Of a DNA stretch of 64,000 nucleotides, positions 15,621 to 30,220 are shown piece after piece (the stretch's first letter is position 1; the number at the start of each line of letters is the position of its first letter). Under the pieces are notes generated by a model that did not search any database, was not told where the DNA came from, and worked only from the letters and a program-made list of their open reading frames with translations. The stretch is from assembly GCA_951406725.2 (NCBI GenBank), contig OX597821.1:4092001-4156000 (forward strand), read 5' to 3'. The translations under genes and the position numbers were made by a program. This DNA is from Octopus vulgaris (Eukaryota).

Positions 15621-18333
15621 GATGTCGAAAGTGTAAGCCCATGGTTATAACGCTGGACCGCCGAAACTAGCAAAGAAAATGAAATGCGGTTTTCTCATAT
15701 CAATCAACTCATCCACATATTTGCAAAGACATTTCAGGAACTAATGCCGATGTGAATTCAGGTACCAGATTAAAGTTTACCTGTAACCAAAAACAATTGT
15801 CATCTTTCGACGGATTTTCGCAGGCATATTTTATTTACAATGAGACGACACATATTTTATATAGCGGAATCACTAGGGAGGCTCCTTTCCTTTCAGCATA
15901 TCAATGAATATATCACACATGTGTTTTCGTTTTTAAACTGATGATTGCAATTTAGCCTTCCATGGTTGTAATTGTCTTCAATGAGTCGTCGACAGCCTGC
16001 CCAGTCTATGAGTGGAATGATTATATTTTATAAACAAGAAAACTGTGAGTGACGTGTAAGATAAGGAAAGAAATACATGAAGTGATTATTAATATTTACT
16101 CTCATATTGTGGAATTGGAAGAATATTAGAGCAACGGAAAAATGCCCTGTGATATAAATTCTAGCTGTTTACTTATAGCTTGCAAATCAGCGGTCAACTT
16201 TGCAATTCGAATCTTAGAGATCAATAAAATAAAATACAAGTTAAGGACAAGATTTGATGTCATCGACTAAAACGCTTACCTCAAAACTGCCCGTTTTTCT
16301 CTAAAGTGTTATTATGCACGTATTTTTACATTTCAATTTTGTGTTTACATTTTAAATTATGACTAGGTTACTTTTGTCGTTCATCAGATAAGAACTCCTG
16401 AAATAAATCCCAACTGAATTTTCTTTTTTATGCAATATGTAACCCGGACATGACATAGATGGAGTTACTCATTCATTGTTTTATTGTTTTATTTTTGTTT
16501 ATTTTCTGTTCTTAAATTACCTTCAGGAAATTGTAAGACGTCTAAGATCGTTATCTTACAGTCGCCTTTTTCTTCGACATATCGTTCGCTTTTATTTAAG
16601 ACGTTATTACTCTGAAAGGTTTTGTCATCAATAAAATCAGACATCTATGGCTTTGTCGTTCTTGCTTTGGTGATGTTATTATAGTATTTGTTATTAATAT
16701 TGATGTTCTTAATACTGGTGTCTTACTTTTGTTTTGCTGATGTCGTTTGGTTATTATGTTGATGTTATCGTTTTGGTTATTGCTGATGTTAATATAGTCG
16801 TTGTTTTATAATTGCTTTTCTTTATTTTTGTGAGAATGTCAAGATGAATATTGTGAGCCGTGAAATATTTCAAAGAACTTTATCACGAGCTCCCTTTGGC
16901 AGAATATCCAGCTGCCTAGCTCACTAAAGGTCACAGAATGTGCTTAAAACCAAAATAGAGGGTACAGCATTACACTAAATAAACTGCCATTGTGCGCATT
17001 TATCTTTCTTTCTTTGCGTCTATCAAGAGAAGCTCACATATAATTCTATAACAATTTCCTTATCGTTATATATTCTGCGGTCTTGTTTCTTTCAATCCTT
17101 GTCTATATATTTAGTCTGCGGAGACAACAATTGTTTCTTTGTAAAATTGTTATTTGGTTTTCCACGAGATAATTCATCATCAACATTTTCTATTGTATTG
17201 TTTTTAATTTGGGCTAGAATCTAGTGCATTGTTTTAATTCAACCAGTTATCGCTTGTGTTTGATTGTGATAATCAGGCGTGACAGTATTTTAATGGCGGA
17301 CTAAAGAATATGATTTAAACAGCAATAAACAAACTGTTAAAAGTTCATCAGTTGTTTCGATGAGATAAAAATGGAAAGACAAACCAACTAACAAATAATT
17401 ATATGAAATACTAACATGAAAGCAACATTTTGTGAAAAGAATATACAAATATTCTACAAAGAAAACCTCTTAGAAATAAAGAACTAAATATCTTTAGACA
17501 AAAGCCGCAGTGAATTCATTAATTTGGAAAAATCTAAGTAAAGGAAATAAATATTTGAAAAGAAGTCGTTAATCGTTGTTATGTAAATAGCTTTGAATGT
17601 AGGCCGTACAAAGACGTTATAATAAGAAATAATATAAACCAATCAATTAATCAATAGCTATGTCTGTATAAGTACGTATCTGTATTTGTGTGTATTGAAT
17701 GAATCTGCGGTGTATATATGTATATGTAAGGCTATATTTATGTCTATGATTATGCATTCAAGTATATGCCGAACAGCCAGCTTACAGCTATACGTGAATA
17801 TAGTATTACGGTGTTATATGTGTGTGAATATAAAATCATAAACACACATTTTATGCATATGAATTCATATGTGCTCACGTTTATCTCTTCATCTGTACAA
17901 ATAAGCACGTGTGTGTGTGATTGTGTGTGTCTGCGCGCGTGCTTATATATTCTTCGTATTCTTGTTTTCTGCGTAACCCGAAGGAAGTTACCGAGAGATA
18001 AAGTTATCTGTACCTCCAGCTTTTCTGCTTATAAATATAATCTACAATATATATTGTGTATATTGCGACGTTTTTCCTCTTTAGTGAATCCTGTCATAGA
18101 CTGCATCAAAAATCTTTGAGAACCTGATTAATATATAACTATTTTTAATCTTTCACAGAGAAATATATATATATATATATATATATATTGATAAAAAAGG
18201 TAAGATAACAAAATAAAGAAAGAGACCTCGAAATTATGTAAATAGAGGAAATTATCTGTAAATGTAATATTTGACGTATCTTGGCTACCGAATAATTGTC
18301 ACATACATAATAATAATAATAATAATAATAATA

Positions 18334-18374
<41 letters not shown>

Positions 18375-18629
18375 CATAAATGCGCCCTTTTAAAGCCCAG
18401 CTAGTCTCATGGGCCCTGTTTCCCGGTTTCAATGGCGTATGTGTTCCCCAACCGGATGGGACGCCAGTCCATCACAGCGTTACTCATTTTTGCCAGCTGA
18501 GTGGACTGGAGCAACGTGAAATGGAGAGTTTTGCTCAAGAACACAACGCGTTGCCCGGTCCAGGAATCGAAACCAACCACAATCTTAATATCATGATGCT
18601 GACACCATAACCACTAAGCCACGCGCCTC
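18375..18629 (-). mobile_element. tRNA-derived SINE family B with (TTA)n tail
   Basis: Minus head gaggcgcgtggcttagtggtta (A box) ... gtttcgattcc (B box); matches 43225-43440; tail array 18308-18375. Confidence 0.85.
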
Positions 18630-18665
18630 GACACATACACACACACACATATATATATATGTATG

Positions 18666-18766
<101 letters not shown>

Positions 18767-18949
18767 TGATAAGAGAAGTGAGACGATGAGAGAATAGATC
18801 TCCATTCTATTCGTTTACATATGTTTCATAATCTTTGTTGTTATATCATATAACTAAGAAGACTATGCTCTAAACTTTTGAAATACCGTACTACCAGCTC
18901 AAATATGCACCACGAAATTGTATTTAGAGGATCCGGAATAACTGCAAAT

Positions 18950-19740
18950 CCAGTGCCAAAGACAGTAAGAATCTTGGGGGTAAGGTTGTGTAATGAGACA
19001 TCATTTTATAGGCACATTTAGAAGATAGCAACAAAATGCAAACAATTGGCAGGATTATTCGAATGTCCTTCAGGAAGAAAGATCATACGGAAACTGTTCA
19101 AGATGTTTGTTTTCAGCCTCGAATTTTGAAGTAATTCGACATTACTACAGTCAAATATTCTAAGAGTGCAAACAATGGATTACAAAGAGATGCTGAAAGA
19201 ATTTCTCTTTAGTTCCTAGAAGGAAGACTCGAGTGAAATGTAATAATAATCTACGCATTGCAGTTTAGAGAAAGGCGAGAACTTAATAATATATAAAATA
19301 TTTTTCACAAATCTGAATTGAACGCTAATTCTTTGTAACAACGGTATCGCTCATCCCTTCTCACATCAAGAGCAGATCATGCAATACCTTAGTGCTGAAA
19401 GATCTAGAGCACTCAAATAGCCAGCAAAGCAAATAGAGAAGAAATCTAAGAAACCTACTCATTCCGCACGTTTATGAATTCAACTAGAAAATTAATATTC
19501 TCTTATTCACAATACAAGATGAACCAGCATCCCGGCATGTAGAATAGCTAAAAATAGTAGTGCTGAATTAATTTGCATTCACCAAATGGGCCAGTAACCA
19601 TGATAAAAGCACTTGAAGGAGAGGTGCTATGCAATAGCAACGCTTTGAAATAGTAAGCCAAATAAGCAAGTTGGGGAAAAGGTAAAAAATTAGGGTGGTT
19701 CCCCAGCATAACTGCAGACATCTAACTAAAAAGAATAGAG
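18950..19740 (+). mobile_element. Heavily decayed CR1-like LINE 3' region
   Basis: KNLG, LEGRLE and QDEP remnants, and a ccccagcataactgcag tail as at 3052-3320. Confidence 0.4.
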
Positions 19741-19744
19741 GAAG

Positions 19745-19820
<76 letters not shown>

Positions 19821-19829
19821 TGAGTGCAG

Positions 19830-20050
19830 CAAAAATTTAGATTCGGATGAAATGGTCCTTAAATTAAAGGCACCATAAAACAGTATGGTATTATCCATGC
19901 AATTTCAAAGTAAAGGGATTAAAATCAAAATAAGCAACAAGGATATCCAGAGATAATGCAGTACGATCGTTTCATGCAGTGCTAGATTTAGGACAAATGA
20001 AGCTTTGCGCTAGGTGAGTGATGAAGTTTATTATTTGGCCAGTCAGGTAT
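19830..20050 (-). mobile_element. Penelope-associated repeat of the same family as 13680-14045, with the 3' half of an HHR
   Basis: caacaaggatatccagag...gcagtacgatcgtttca is the inverse of 13993-14035. 19835-19910 matches 13681-13757. CUGANGA not intact. Confidence 0.6.
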
Positions 20051-20199
20051 ACATGCTTAGGAAGTTCATCGTAAAAACTTTTGGGGCCAGGAAGGTAGGC
20101 CCCACTGGTGGAAGGGGCCCTGTGCTGAAGCACACCTAAACACAATGGTATATCCAGTAGTGTATATAAATATATATATATATATATATATACAATCAC

Positions 20200-20600
20200 C
20201 ATGCTGGGGTGCCGACTTGAATTATTTTAGTTGAACGAATTCATTCTAATACTTACATTTTATGTTGGTTTGACTTCATCCCTGCTTTCGCCGAAACGCT
20301 ATGTTACGACGGTTTAAACACACCAGCACCGTTTTTCGAGCGGTGGTGTGGACAAGCAGATACACAAAGGCTCACACACGCACCCACAGACACGCACACA
20401 TACGCACACTCACACAGGCACATATGAAAATGTACGTTAATGACGCGCATATTTGAGTTTCCGACTACCACATCTACTCAAAAGAAATTGATCGGTTCGA
20501 GGCTATAGTACAAGACGCTTGCCCAAGGCACAACGCAGCTGGACTGAAAACAGACCCATGTGGTACAGAAACAAACTTCTTTTCACAGCACCACGCCTGC
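20200..20600 (-). mobile_element. SINE family A, decayed
   Basis: catgctggggtgccg tail to cacagcaccacgcctgc head. Confidence 0.75.
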
Positions 20601-21213
20601 ACTAATGCTTGTTTATCAACCTGAATAATAAACAATATGTCCAATTCAGCCATACAGTATTTCTGCATACCGATACGCAACACAAACCTACGAGAAGGTA
20701 AAGCACATGATAAAACAAAGCAGAAGGAAGCATTTTTAATCAAAAAATTCCAAAGTATTATTTGAACGTGGCACAAATAATCACCAGCGAATTGTTCATT
20801 TTCCCACATTAAATTGTTCTGATTCACATAATTCGTTTTCAGAAAAATAGTCAATACCCACTTTATATGTCAATCTACATTTATTAAAGTAAGTTTAATC
20901 ACGTTTATTACTTTTTTTCTCTTTTTTTACTTCCAAGAGTACTCTATATCAAAAACTGTGTCTAACACAAAACTGAAAAGATTCTTATGTTTTTAATTTT
21001 GTTTTTTTCTCTTCATTTTTCCATAATTGTTATTCTTCACAGAAACAATCTATAAAGGGAGATCTATAACATCGACATCTTATTCTTGCAGCCCATATAT
21101 ATGTTTCGTCATCAACGACATTATTTTATATACGTGTACATACATAAACACACACACACATATATATATACATATATACTAATATATATATATATGTATA
21201 CATATATACTATA

Positions 21214-21244
<31 letters not shown>

Positions 21245-21290
21245 GTACGTATATATATATATGAATATATATATATGTGTGTATACACAT

Positions 21291-21338
<48 letters not shown>

Positions 21339-21359
21339 ATGTAAATATGTATATATCTG

Positions 21360-21401
<42 letters not shown>

Positions 21402-21489
21402 GATACATATATATACATATATATATATACATTAGTATATATGTATATATATATATATGTATGTGCGTGTGCTTTGTTGTAAATTTATA

Positions 21490-21538
<49 letters not shown>

Positions 21539-21576
21539 TATACGTATATACTAATATATATATGTATACATATATA

Positions 21577-21646
<70 letters not shown>

Positions 21647-21748
21647 AAGATTCCTTAACGTTCTGAGTTATATCTAGTTTCATAGCCTTCTACATTTATG
21701 ACTGAACTCATAGCTATCGTTATGAGAGTGAATATTGTTTTATTTCAG

Positions 21749-21776
21749 CGCACACAACGAATAACAAACGCATTCG
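21749..21776 (+). other. Candidate 28-nt micro-exon
   Basis: ttgttttatttcag|cgcacacaacgaataacaaacgcattcg|gtaagt; strong consensus sites in unique sequence. Confidence 0.4.
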
Positions 21777-22796
21777 GTAAGTAAAAATAATTAGGAATTC
21801 ACTGATTCCTTGTTTATTTTTTAACATTGCTTTGATCATCCTGGTTTCTACACCGCTAGAAATTTCATTTACTTCAACTTTAGAAGGATTATCGCCCAGC
21901 GAGTTCTTACATCATGTGCGTCACAGCGAGTCTAACAAATGCAAGATGAAAGAAACCATATATGTGTGTGTATGTGTATGTGCTGGTGTGTATGTGTGTG
22001 TGTGTAGTGTGTATGTGTGTGTATACATCTCTGACATAATCACCCATACATTAATATACATACATTCATATAGTATATATATATATATATATATATATCG
22101 ATAGAACCATACATACATTTACATACACAAATTTAGACATATATGTGTATGTATGTATGTATTTATGTTGTTATGCGTTCATAAACAGACTGCGAGCAAG
22201 AAAAAAATAAGCGATTGGCCTGGACGGCGCACATTTACTAACATTAAGATATCTATCGCCGTTTTCCATTAAACTTTCACCGCTAGAATCACAATTCAAA
22301 AATAACATTTGTTACGCCAAAATCAAGACTCGCTTCCACAGGATTTCTTTAAATGTCCTTATTTCTCTTCAGTGGTATTTGATATTTATTTTGATCTTAC
22401 TCTGAGAGATTTCGAATTACTCAACTGCATCTTAAATCTCCATCATACAGGTGCTAAATGAGGCGAAACTTCATTTGATTGTGTGTGTGTGTGTGTGCAT
22501 ATATATATATATATATTATATATACGCATGAATGTTCGCATATATGTACGTGTGTATATGTGTGTATATATATATACGCATGAATGTACATATATATGTA
22601 CGTGTGTATATGTGTATATATATATATATACATATATATATACATATATATATATATACATATATACATATGTGTGTATATATATACATTCATTTTATTT
22701 ATATATACATGTGTGTGTATATGTGTATGTGCGCGCACACCCGTAAGTACATACGCACATAAGGAGAATGATAGCTAGATTGATAGATAGATAGAC

Positions 22797-22893
<97 letters not shown>

Positions 22894-23635
22894 TGTTTGC
22901 ATGTTTCCCCTCCGCTCCTGTTCTTATGCCTGAGTATAAGGATTCATATATTTGTTTGACTATATATATATATATATACACTCTTGTGTGCGTATTTTCG
23001 TGTGTTCATGCTTATACATTTCTGATTTTATCTGTGTGCATATGTAAATGGTAAGGCACATGTATGTGCTTTCCAAACTGTTTTCACTTACAACGAAAAT
23101 TCTTCTACTCACAGCGACACTAACTTTATTATTAAGGAGTTTGCCTAAGATGCACCAGCACATTATAGAAGATTGCGTTTGCCTAGCAACGGATATCTTG
23201 AAATTTGATTGAGATGAATTCCCCGTTGGTTGTTGAAAATCGTTGGGGTGAATTAGGTTTGTCCCTGCTGGTATATATCAGCATGAGCTATGGTATATAT
23301 GGGCAAAATAGCTTGAGTCATTTATATATCTGTGTCTGTGTGTTTGTATGTATGTATGTATGTATGTATGCATATAGTCATTTATATTTGTATGTATGCA
23401 TTTCGGTTTGTATATGTTCATAAATAGACGGCAAGCAAGAAAAAAACATAACGATTTGCCTGGACAGCGCACATTTACTAACATTCGAGTGCGCGTGTGT
23501 TTTGTGTGTGGGTGTGTAATCTGTGTGATCTCCGCTTCTGTGTGAATCATATTTATACACGGGATGCCAATCATTACTCATTTATTGAAAGGGGTGTTAC
23601 CTTTTTCCTATAAATTCGTTACTTTTCCGTTTCAG

Positions 23636-23714
23636 GATGACATAATCCATTGATTTCGTCCTCTTTTTCAAGAACGAATAATATTTGAGACGTACTGCAC
23701 TGTTAACAGATCAA
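23636..23714 (+). other. Candidate 79-nt non-coding or stop-containing exon
   Basis: acttttccgtttcag| ... |gtaagt; stops in all three frames. Confidence 0.3.
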
Positions 23715-24115
23715 GTAAGTCTCTGATTCCAAATACTTTTAAACCTCAGTGATAGTACAAAGCAATTACCGGCATTCAGAAATTTAAAAACTCTCCATTT
23801 TCAAATCGATAATTACTTGCCTCTATTTAATTATTTACCAACTAACATTTCTCGATACATGAATCTAATTTTATTGGTTAATAAAATAGGAATATTTTGT
23901 AGAAAATGTAGATATCTTTCAGGTGTTTAGTGTCTTAAAGAAATTCTATTACATATAAGTGTGTTTGATAAGACAAATTTTGGAACCCACAGTTTTAAGT
24001 ATATACATATATATATATATTATACAAGCACACGTACATACGCACACGCATATATTCATTCATTTTATGAAATTTGATTTAGTATTTCTAACTTGAATTT
24101 TTCCCTGTAAGTTTG

Positions 24116-24202
<87 letters not shown>

Positions 24203-25309
24203 CATATATGTATACATGCATACGTACGTACGTACATGTATATATACATGCATAGACGCACAGTAATATTTGCAAAAAGTATAGATGACACATGATTGAA
24301 ATGAATACGTTTTGGAAAAAGAAAGAAAACCTCTACATCAAATTGTTGAAAGAATGATTTAGAAGTGTTTAAACGAAAGCTCTTTCCAAGAAAATCGTTA
24401 AATGTAGTTTGTAAGACGCAAGTTTTGGCCGACTCTAAAACTGCGCTTAGGACTGTTTTCACTTTTGATCAAGTTTAGTAAGTATGATTGACATTAATCC
24501 TAGGAAATGATGAAACGACGTTTGTGTTTCCCCCTAACGCCCTTGTATATTTGCTTCACAATGTTATCGAGAGATATCACTACAACCGTATTTTAACGTT
24601 TTGTAGCCTCTCGATTTGGAATCATGACATAGCGCACTTTTTTATCAGCTGGTATTGCGCAGCATATAACTTATAGTCATTGAAATAATACTTTAGAACG
24701 CATAAAATTTTACAGAAAGGAATACGTCCTTGTAGGCAAAATATTTTCCTGAAAATAACAAGACAAAAACAAATAAGATTTTAAGGAGATAATGCTTACG
24801 GCCTTATTACAATAAGGTTTCAATTAGGACATTTCCGTAAAAGAACTGGTGGGGTAATTCTCGTGGCTTCTCTCTTTCGTATATGTGAATCTTGTTCCAC
24901 TCTTTCATAGAGACACGGAATACTGGCAGCAACGCAATTACAATATGTGGTTGTTCTCTATATTTCATTCTCATTTCTTTTTTCGTTCATGTATATATTT
25001 TACATGGTTTTCATGCAAAGTAACAAAAGTAACTTCATATAATCTGCGATGCGCAAATTTCCCACTTAATATAGCAATATCGACATTCGATATTTTGTTT
25101 TTGTTACAGTGAAATACCTTGAGTACGTGTTTGTAAACACACACATACATACACACAAGTACACAAACATATATATGCGCCCGTGTATATACAATCATTT
25201 GTACACATGTATATATGCACGCACATGCACATTAGGTATATACTCACGCGGATGTTACACAATTATAAAGGTTGAAAAATAATATACAGAAAAAATATAT
25301 AAAAATAAT

Positions 25310-25349
<40 letters not shown>

Positions 25350-25399
25350 AAATACGTAATAGATGTTAAGACATATAAAAGGGTTGTACGTGGACATAA

Positions 25400-26100
25400 T
25401 ATAAAAAGCAGGTTCTCCAAAAAGTTCAGTTCTTGAATTTAGGCATATAGTGGGGTCTAAAGAACTTTTCCAGATGAGCCATCTTTCCATATCGGAAAGA
25501 CCGCACTTACTACTGATGTTCGTGTAAGGCTTACATTTGGCCAAGATCTTCCTGTAAATCTTATAGCTGACACCTTTTTTCTTTTAAGGAATATATATAA
25601 GTGGATAATTTGGTTGTTCTCCTTTTTCCCAGTGTGTGAAGCTTAAGGTGTTATTGTTGAATCTGGCTTTAAAATTTACCTCTGTGAAACCCACATATTT
25701 CTTTCCCGAAACTTTATGTTAGTGGAGTCCACAATAGCTTCACACAAGCTCCATTTAGCGGGTTCAAATTTTTAACTCTGCAGGAACAGCCGTCTTCCTT
25801 CTGTTGGTTTTTGATTGTTGTCTGCAATTATATTGTTAAAGTCAGTAGTAGACTAAAATTAATTTTTATGTTGTGACTATTAAAGAGCAATCTATAATTA
25901 TGATTGATTTGAAAATGCCTATCTATAGGTGATAAGAAATATCTATCTATATTAAAGGTCACTTCGAGGAGTAAGGTGGTGTGAACCAGATAATTTTGCA
26001 ATTCCTATATTTTCTTTCTTTGTTATTGGACTAATAACAGGTGTATAGGTTTTTTCCTCGCTAAAATCAGTTTTTCAGAGCTTTATTATATATCGGAGAA
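25400..26100 (-). mobile_element. Penelope-like element: RT-EN linker plus GIY-YIG endonuclease, decayed
   Basis: Minus-strand KIIWFTPPYSSK...IDRHF...LFNSHNIKINFS, GCSCRVKNLNPLNGAC, KKYVGFTEVNFKARFNN, KILAKCKPYTNISSKCGL..MER...LNSRTEL; frameshifted. Confidence 0.85.
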
Positions 26101-26652
26101 ATAATACATGTTGTACTTGTCTCCTTCCTTCATACAAATATGCATGTATATACGTTTATATAGCTGCAGGTGTAGATGTATTTGACAGACAGGAGGGTGT
26201 ATTTGTGTATATGCATATATAACCCATTTGAATATTCAAGTTTTGGGGCGAATTTGTTTTACGGTATATGTATTTTGCTTATGTGTTTTTATTTGTATAT
26301 ACTTATTTCCGCGTATGTATATGCATGTGCATATAAACTACGTTTTGTATAACCGCGTATGTATGTATGTATGCGTGTATATGAGCGTAGTGATGCGTGC
26401 ATGGGTATATATACGTGTGTATGCGTAGACATATACATTCATATAAGTGTATTTGTATGTATATATACACGCGTGTCTGAGTATGTATATGGATATGTAT
26501 ACATGCATGTGTGTCCGTCCGTACGTGTATGTATATGTGGTTTTATGTGTGCATATGCGGAACGGATTCTATGAATAAAGTATTACTGACCCCACGCCTA
26601 TTGTAGTAATTTCCCTTTATTCAACGTTTTTTTTTTTTCATAGCGTTTCTCT

Positions 26653-26716
26653 CAATAACTGATGAGATGCCGGAGCAGACTTCATCCCCGGTATCCGAAT
26701 CTCTGAGTTTTATTAT
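26653..26716 (+). ncRNA. Hammerhead ribozyme motif, degenerate (GAAT for GAAA)
   Basis: aataa-CTGATGA-gatgccgg...ccggtatc-c-GAAT-ctctgag-TT-ttatt. 8-bp helix II, helix I aataa/ttatt, GUU triplet. Confidence 0.6.
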
Positions 26717-26892
26717 GACAACCAACTAATTGTCACATATTATATATATATGTGTGTGTGTGTGTGTGCGTGTGTGTGTGTGTGCATGTGTGTGTGTGTG
26801 AGTGAGTGTATATATATATATATACATCTATAGTTAACAATTTATCGAAAATATATGTGAACATTTTTCAGTACTATATATATATAGGTATG

Positions 26893-26983
<91 letters not shown>

Positions 26984-27459
26984 TAAAGATCCAATAGATG
27001 TAGAATCAACAAAATAATTCTCCGTCCAGTGAGTTAAATATCAATTTAAATATATTCCTACTAAGAGTTCCCTGCTATTATGATACCTGAACAGCCATAT
27101 CTATAAAGTACGTCATGTATCTTAAAACAATCTTTCAGGCTCTGTTTATGCGTCAAATACAATCATTTTAAAATGAAAGTTGCTGTACATGTATCTAATA
27201 AATACCTAAGTTTTCTTGATTTCCTTTCCTTTATCTCGTTCCATTTTAGGCACCAACCTTCTTCACGTCATTTCCCCGATTATTTTCTCATGTTATATAT
27301 ATGCTTGTGCAAGCATCGTAATAGCATGAAACTATTAGTAGCTCTTTCGTTCTTTTAAATATGGTGGAGTTTACCGACATATAGGAGCAGGCGTTGATAA
27401 GTGATTGTGTATATAACATCGCAACAACGGGGTTTTCAAATCTCCTGCGCCGGATTTTT

Positions 27460-27765
27460 TTATGCGTCCTTTTAATGTCTAACCAGGCTCATGGGCCCGG
27501 TTTCCAGGTTTTTGTGGCGTATGTATTCCCCCCAGCTGGACGGGACGCCAGTCCATCGCAGCGTTACTCAAGAAGCTGGAAGAAAGAGTGAGAGAAAGTT
27601 GGGTCGAAAGAGTACAACAGGGGTCGCTACCACCCCCTGCCGGAGCCTCGTGGAGCTTTAGGTGTTTTCGTTCAATAAACACACACAACGCCCGGTCTGA
27701 GAATCGGAACCGCGATTCTCCGACCGCGAGTCCGTTGCCCTAACCACTGGGCCATTGCGCCTCCA
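27460..27765 (-). mobile_element. tRNA-derived SINE, family B-related tail with a different head
   Basis: Minus head ggaggcgcaatggcccagtggttagggc; same head and body at 57365-57663; tail shared with 18375-18629. Confidence 0.85.
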
Positions 27766-28809
27766 CACTGCGCAGGATTGCTATGATATTAAGGACACTT
27801 TTTCGTTACTTCGTGCTTTCTGACTGCAATCTACTAAGATGTTCTATCGTAACTGTACGTTAACCAATAACTGGTCAAGGAAATCAAAGAATCTGCTCGC
27901 AAACAGTTCTTGAATTCCAGACATATTTTGGTCCCTAACTTACGACCTCTTCGGTAATTTCATCATAATACATTTTTTTGGAAATATTTGTACAAGTTCT
28001 TCTGTATGAGAGTAATATCCTCCGTTCCTTCCGCCATAGTATATACATATATACGACGGGCTTCTTTCAGTGTCCGTCTACCAAATCCACTAACAAGGTT
28101 TTGGTCAGCCCGAGGCTATAGTAGAAGACTGAACTCAGAACTATGTGGTTGGTAAGCAAGCTACTTACCATACAGCTATTCACTGATATGCTGCTTTTGC
28201 TTAAGAAATTCACACAGACATCACAATAGTTATTGTATTGTATTCTTTTTGTGTACAAAAATTCTGTTTAATTCCGTATGTTAATATACGAGTTTAAAAA
28301 TACCTAAAGAAAACTTATGTGTCATATATGTTATGTTTTTTTCTTATTATCATTCATAAATTGTAATTTATTCATAATTTATTATGAGAATATTGTTGTC
28401 TTGAGGAAATGAAAAGAGCAGCTGGATACAATAGATAAATAACTCGATCTCTGTCTTGGATTAACATCATGTATTCTTCGAACATATACGGAACGATGTG
28501 AGAAATGTTCAGATATATCTTTCATAAATTGTTTACTATTTAATATTTATAATCATTCGACAACTTCTACATTGGCAACATATTATTTATGACACAGCTG
28601 CTTGTTTAAGCAAAGCAAACCAACTCATGGTTCAGATCTGCAACCGAGTTTCGATCCTTTTTGTAGTTGATTATCAACATATCTTTAGTGTAGGAGATAG
28701 CACTCAGTCTATGGTGATAACGAAAGGACAGTCAGTATTACAATTCCTATCAAATCACTTGAGCTGAAACATTTTCTGTCACTAAGTAAGATTTCTATAC
28801 ATAAAATAA

Positions 28810-29107
28810 ATTGCATATTCCGTACTGTACTACCTACTACCTACACCATAAACTATCGCGGTATTGGCCTCAAAAAGTTATTTCTTGCTAACGAGAGTTC
28901 AATGTCTAAATCATAGGGTATTTCACTCCACACATAAATTCGCCATAGATTGCTATCTTTGACCATGAGGATTTATGAAAAATGTATACATCGACTACCA
29001 AGGGTTGATAAGAATTATTTCCTTTATTCCATCGCTGAATACAAATCTTTCTCTACAACTTAGTTTCAAGCGATATTCGTTTATAGAATATTTCAATTTG
29101 GTACTAT
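28810..29107. repeat. Arm 1 of a 298-bp local inverted duplication
   Basis: Reverse complement of 31883-32180; 11 mismatches counted by eye, no indels. Confidence 0.95.
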
Positions 29108-29989
29108 GCATGTTCAAAATACAAGGACGAAATTTCCACCCGTTTTCCTATCGATGTTCTAGAAATAATGGTTTCTAATTTTTGGCACAAGTCACCAATT
29201 ACAAGGAAAGGCTTTAATCTATCATAGTACCTGACTAATACTTTATTTCATCGTCTCAGAAAGGATGAAAGGCGAAGTTAACCGTGGATGATTTCAACTC
29301 AGAACAGAGAGAGCGGAAACAATTCCATCATGGCATTTTTCATCACTGTAAAAAATTTACCCATCCGCCGTCTTCTTATTATCAGCATAATTGTTTCAAA
29401 TGTTGGCTCAAAGTCATCAGTTTTAGCGTAAAGGTATCAGTCTATTAAATCGATACCAGTACTTGACGAGTACTTTATCTTATTGAGCAAAAGCAAAGTT
29501 AAACTCGGTGGTACATAAAACCAGATAAAGGGACGGTAGAAAGGATTAGATACAGTCAGTGATCTGAAAATATTTAGACACATGGATTTATGCCATTCTC
29601 CGTCGGTACCTAGGCGGATGGTTTTGCAAGATGGCCTGAAAAATGAATCTTCCTTGAGAACATGATCGATATATATACATCGAACGAGGCAGTGAAACAA
29701 AGTAGAGTCCAGAAGTGAATCTCATAATGTGTACAACACCTCTGCTGGTGTGAAGCTTTGAGGAATGAAATTGGAGAGGAAAAAAGAAGGGAACCAAATA
29801 TGTATTTTACTTTCAACATTTTAAACTTCTCCGCGAGAGTGGCGAAAGCAGATGAATTGTATAACCGCTAAATGGATTTTGTCGTTTCCTTAATAAAGTG
29901 AGTGCACAGTTTTACTATGTCTGTCATTACATGTGTTCTTGTGTGAGGTGTGTTTGTGCTGCATGTGTGTGTTCATGTGTGTATTTGCG

Positions 29990-30220
29990 TGTGTGTGTGT
30001 GTATACGTTTGTGTGTCTGTGTCCACCCCAACATCGCTTGACAACCGATGGTGGTGTGTTACGTGCCCATAACTTAGCGGTTCGGCCAAAAGAGACCAAT
30101 AGAATAAGTACTAGGCTTATAAATGAAACTACACATTATTGTCTTCCGAATTGTAAGGTTCAAATAGGCGGCGAGGTGGACCACAGTCAAATAACTGAAG
30201 CAAGAAAAACGCAAGCATAA
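29990..30220 (+). mobile_element. SINE family A 3' half
   Basis: caacatcgcttgacaaccgatggtggtgtg...gaataagtactaggctta...cacagtcaaataactgaagcaag. Confidence 0.8.
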
